20,000 bases of DNA from Occultella glacieicola (GTDB taxonomy: Bacteria > Actinomycetota > Actinomycetes > Actinomycetales > Beutenbergiaceae): NCBI RefSeq assembly GCF_004353825.1, contig NZ_SMNA01000010.1, forward strand, positions 179,897-199,896. Reading direction: 5' to 3'. This document shows, piece by piece, positions 16,686-20,000 of this stretch (its first letter is position 1; every line of letters starts with the position of its first letter). The notes below the pieces were generated by a model, which worked only from the letters and a program-made list of their open reading frames with translations, was not told the origin of the DNA and ran no database searches. A program made the translations under genes and the position numbers.

Positions 16686-18740
16686 GTCACACCAGGGGGC
16701 GTCCCACTCTGTTGAACCGGTCGACCCGAGGTCTAGGGTCGACCGCGCGACGATGGTGCCGTCGTCGACCGCGAGCCAGAGCAGCAGGCGAGCGGTACCC
16801 TCGAGCGCGGTGAGCGCAACCTCAACGACCTCGGTCACGACGAACGGATCCACGGTCAGCGCCACCGGCTCGATCGCCGACGTCGGTACCGCCTCCGGCC
16901 ACGGTGACAGCAGCGGCGCCCACCCCGCGTGCAGGGTGCCCTGGATCGGGGACGCGCCGTGGTGCGATGCCCGCACCGGCAGTCGCAGGAGCGCCCCCAG
17001 CTCGAGCGCGACGTCTACGCCCGGTTCCACCGGCACCACGTCCAGGATCACCACCGCCTCGGCGTTGACATGTGCGGGGTCGATACCGAGCAGGTCCTTG
17101 CGGGTCCGGTCGGCGTAATACAGGTCGGCCATCTCGTGCTCGACGTCGGTCAGCTCGGTGTAGACGTAGCCGCTGAACGCGTCGTGCCGGCGCAGTTCCT
17201 GGGTCTGCCACTTCAATTGCCAGCCCCGGTCGGTACTGGTGTGCCCAGCACCGTACTCACTGTTCAGGATCGGCAGGGAGGCGCCGATGAGCTCGGGCGT
17301 CGCCCACAGTTGCTTGGTGAGGTGCTCGTCCGCCGCGAGGGTCACGGGGAAGTCCTGCCGGTGTCCGGCCAGGCCTGCTACGAGGTCGGCCCAGGTGGCG
17401 AAGTCGTCGGTGTAGATGTGCCAGTCGACGATGTCGGTCTTCACGTGGGACCAGCCGGAGTCGTCCACGATCGGGCGGGTGGTGCCGAGCGCGGCGAGCA
17501 GGTCGTAGGCGCGGGCCGTCGCCCCCTGGTACTCGGGGCGCGCCTCCACCTGCCAGTCCAGACCCCACTCCTCGTTGTACAGACCCCAGATGACGATCGA
17601 GGGGTGGTTACCGTCCCGGGCGACCATCACCGGGATCTGCGCCTCGAATGCCTCGATCGCCGCCGCGCTGTACCTGCTCGTGCTGGCCGGCTCCTCCCAG
17701 ACGAGCATGCCGAGGGTGTCGGCCCAGTGCAGCCAGCGCGGGTCCTCCAAGCGCAGATGCTTGCGCACCATCGTGTAGCCGGCCTCGCGGGCCAGTTCGA
17801 GGTCGCGGCGGAGCGCGTCGTCGGTCCGGGCAGTGATGCCCGACGGCGGCCAGTAGCCCTGGTCGAGCACAGCCCGCGGGGCGATGCGTACGTCGTTCAG
17901 GAAGATCTTGTCGCCCTTGGTCTCCACGCGTCGCAGGCCAGTGGTCGCCACCACCCGGTCCACGCCGTCCGCACTGTGCACGGTCACCTCGACCCGATAG
18001 AGGTGTGGGTCCGCAGGCGACCAGAGCCTGGGGGAGTCGGGGGTCAGGCTCGCCCGGAACGAGCCGGCGTCGGTCGGCGTGGCGACGAGCGCGCTACCCG
18101 GTCCGCTGTCCGCATCGTCCAGCAGTCGCAGATCTACCCGGGCGTCCGCGGCGTGCGGGCCGGTCACCTCAACCTCGGCCTCGATGCTGGCGAGCGACTC
18201 CCCGCGCAACCGGATGGCTGAGGCCGCGGTCGCGGGCCGCGACTCCAGCCACACGGTCTGCCAGATCCCGGAGGACGGCGTGAACGCGACGCTGTCGTAG
18301 TCGTCGCGGGGCATGGACCGCTGCTTGCTGTGCGGGATGAACCGCTTGTCCAGGGGCGCCTCCACATGCACGCGCAGTTCGTTCGCGCCGTCGATCAGCG
18401 CGTCGGTGACATCGAACTCGAACGGCATGTACCCGCCCTCGTGGCTGCCCACTTCGGTCCTGTTCACGAACACCGTCGCCCGGTGGTGCACCGCGCCGAA
18501 CCGCAAAATGGTGCGGGAGCCGGCCCACGCCGTCGGGACCTCGAACTTGCGACGGTACGTCGCACGATCGAGCCAACCCCGCTCGACGCCGGACGCCCGG
18601 GTCTCCCACGCGAACGGTACGACGATGCGCTCGGGCCAGCCCCCGCCGTCGGGCACGGGAGCGCCGGGCGCGAAGTCCCAGGTGCCGTTCAGGTTCAGCC
18701 AGTGCTCGCGGACCAGGTCCGGGCGCGGGTACTCGGGCCT
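16674..18740 (-). CDS. Glycoside hydrolase family 2 (beta-galactosidase/beta-glucuronidase-like), lacking its native start; probable pseudogene
   Basis: The frame stays open upstream of GTG 18656 as RPEYPRPDLVREHWLNLNGTWDF, a canonical GH2 N-terminus. Motifs LRFGAV, HEGGYMPF, SGIWQTVWLE, WSPADPHLY, LDQGYWP, acid/base WGLYNEEWG, nucleophile NSEYG. There is no ATG/GTG/TTG between the in-frame TAG (18767-18765) and RPEYPRP. Confidence 0.88.
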   Translation of the reverse strand, partial: RPEYPRPDLVREHWLNLNGTWDFAPGAPVPDGGGWPERIVVPFAWETRASGVERGWLDRATYRRKFEVPTAWAGSRTILRFGAVHHRATVFVNRTEVGSHEGGYMPFEFDVTDALIDGANELRVHVEAPLDKRFIPHSKQRSMPRDDYDSVAFTPSSGIWQTVWLESRPATAASAIRLRGESLASIEAEVEVTGPHAADARVDLRLLDDADSGPGSALVATPTDAGSFRASLTPDSPRLWSPADPHLYRVEVTVHSADGVDRVVATTGLRRVETKGDKIFLNDVRIAPRAVLDQGYWPPSGITARTDDALRRDLELAREAGYTMVRKHLRLEDPRWLHWADTLGMLVWEEPASTSRYSAAAIEAFEAQIPVMVARDGNHPSIVIWGLYNEEWGLDWQVEARPEYQGATARAYDLLAALGTTRPIVDDSGWSHVKTDIVDWHIYTDDFATWADLVAGLAGHRQDFPVTLAADEHLTKQLWATPELIGASLPILNSEYGAGHTSTDRGWQLKWQTQELRRHDAFSGYVYTELTDVEHEMADLYYADRTRKDLLGIDPAHVNAEAVVILDVVPVEPGVDVALELGALLRLPVRASHHGASPIQGTLHAGWAPLLSPWPEAVPTSAIEPVALTVDPFVVTEVVEVALTALEGTARLLLWLAVDDGTIVARSTLDLGSTGSTEWDAPWCDQWL

Positions 18741-19881
18741 ATGAGCGCAGGTGATAGCTTGCGACTAGGTCGGGTCGTTGCGACAACTGCGTTTCGAGGC
18801 GACTATCGGCCCAAAGCTCGATGAACGGGAGCCTCCCATCGGCGTTGTGCTTCTCGATAATCGCCACTGCGTCGGTGGTGAAACGCCCGCTTGTCGCGAT
18901 CACCAAAGTCCGAACGACTGGTGGCTCCCAAAGCGGCAGGGTGGCCAACGTGTTCGTGATGTCAGACGGGGCGACAGACTTCGATGTCCAGTGCTTGGCC
19001 TGCATGATGACCCGCTCGGTTCGCGTTGTACCGCCGTCATCCCTGATGACGCGCTCCGCGGACAGATCACGCCCCCGATCAGGTGCGCGGGTCTTCATCA
19101 ACCACTCGACGTTCTGGTAGCTGGGAAAGCCCCGCAGAAGGTCAAACAGCAGGCGCTCGAAGCCGTCGTCGTCAAGGGCAGTCCAGTTGAGGCCGATGCT
19201 TGCACCACCTGCCGGTTTCGCAGATGCAGCGACACCGAGGTCCACTGCTGGCACCGGCAAAGGGTCCGACTCGGAGAGACTCGCGGCTTCAACGTCGGCC
19301 CGTACAGATGGCCAGTCCATCTCGGCGATGTCGTGCCAGTCGTGCCCCTGGCTGAAACGGAGATGCCGGTGAAGATCGCCCCATCGTCCCTTTCTGTCAG
19401 TGGTGTCGCCGAGCAGCCGTTCGATCTCGCTGATCGACTCCTCCACCACTCTTGTTTGGGGATCGTCCATACGATCGGACGAGTCTCGCGCAATAGAATC
19501 TGTGATCTGGGCAAGCGTCGCATTGATCGTCGACACGAGGTCGTCGAGGCGATCGTGGATCGCCCGGCGACGCGACTGAGCGAGCTTGAACCTGTACTCA
19601 TCGAGCTGGTGGCCCGGCTTCTCCAACTCGTTCATGAGGGCGAAGACGGGCTCGCCGATCTCGAAGTAGTCGATGAAGGACTGCCCCGCCTCGTCTATGT
19701 CGGGCAGCTCCTCCGTGACCGTGAACCCGTCGATCGGAGGCAGGCCGGCGAGCAGTGGCGTCCATGCCCGACGTAGATCCTCGTACTCTCGATTCGTACC
19801 CCGCTGAGGGCTCGACGGGATCATCGGCTCCGCACGGTCCCAGATCGCTTGGAGCTTGGCAAGGTTCGCTGCAGAACGGTC
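18739..19881 (-). CDS. Mrr-type restriction endonuclease with long N-terminal helical domain, 5'-interrupted by IS3
   Basis: C-terminal motifs FERLLFDLL...DRGRDL...IMQAKHW...LVIATSGRFT...IELW (Mrr_cat D..QxK). The frame extends upstream of ATG 19824 as DRSAANLAKLQAIWDRAEP right up to the IS end. Confidence 0.85.
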   Translation of the reverse strand, partial: DRSAANLAKLQAIWDRAEPMIPSSPQRGTNREYEDLRRAWTPLLAGLPPIDGFTVTEELPDIDEAGQSFIDYFEIGEPVFALMNELEKPGHQLDEYRFKLAQSRRRAIHDRLDDLVSTINATLAQITDSIARDSSDRMDDPQTRVVEESISEIERLLGDTTDRKGRWGDLHRHLRFSQGHDWHDIAEMDWPSVRADVEAASLSESDPLPVPAVDLGVAASAKPAGGASIGLNWTALDDDGFERLLFDLLRGFPSYQNVEWLMKTRAPDRGRDLSAERVIRDDGGTTRTERVIMQAKHWTSKSVAPSDITNTLATLPLWEPPVVRTLVIATSGRFTTDAVAIIEKHNADGRLPFIELWADSRLETQLSQRPDLVASYHLRS

Positions 19882-20000
19882 GGGACTGCTGCACGAGAAG
19901 GTGACAGTTCCTAGTCACGCCGCCAGGGCGACGTTGTTGGTCATGATGGTCTCGAATTCGATAGGCGTCAATCGACCGAGCCGGGCCTGGCGGCGTCGAC
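19882..20000 (-). mobile_element. Right end of an IS3-family insertion sequence (transposase C-terminus plus terminal repeat); continues beyond the window
   Basis: Minus strand 19998-19915 reads RRRQARLGRLTPIEFETIMTNNVALAA*, typical of actinobacterial IS3 OrfB ends. It is followed by CTGTCACCTTCTCGTGCAGCAGTCCC (19907-19882), the presumed terminal repeat. Confidence 0.88.

Noticed and set aside
15939..16813. Small ORFs between the NACHT and GH2 genes as extra components of the defence system
   Set aside because: They are explained as fragments or shadow frames of the IS256 remnant.
19882..19917. IS3 transposase and nuclease share a frame separated by one TGA (context TGA CTAG), suggesting a readthrough fusion
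   Set aside because: A shared frame is a one-in-three coincidence of insertion, and that readthrough context is eukaryotic.
1..20000. CRISPR array, tRNA/rRNA, riboswitch, integrase
   Set aside because: No regularly spaced repeats or recognisable RNA or integrase motifs were seen by eye; a covariance-model search was not possible.

Overview
High-GC actinobacterial window (Micrococcales-like by gene content; inference). Left part: the 5' end of a sugar ABC permease, its ROK repressor with a clear promoter/operator, a membrane protein, a hypothetical protein, an APH-family kinase, and a Ku / Cys-His-rich small protein / DUF2188 cluster with no ligD in the window. Middle: the housekeeping block panB, nadE, glnA2, glnE. 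An accessory region starts directly after the glnE stop. It holds a lower-GC NLR-like defence candidate: a Mrr-like nuclease-NACHT ORF plus a pentapeptide-repeat/putative winged-helix ORF. The two overlap by ATGA at an A_AAC_CCA heptamer, so they may be one -1-frameshifted gene. The region also holds a decayed IS256-family transposase, a GH2 hydrolase lacking its native start, and a second Mrr-type nuclease gene cut at its 5' end by an IS3-family element that runs off the window. All family calls come from motif recognition; no searches were run.
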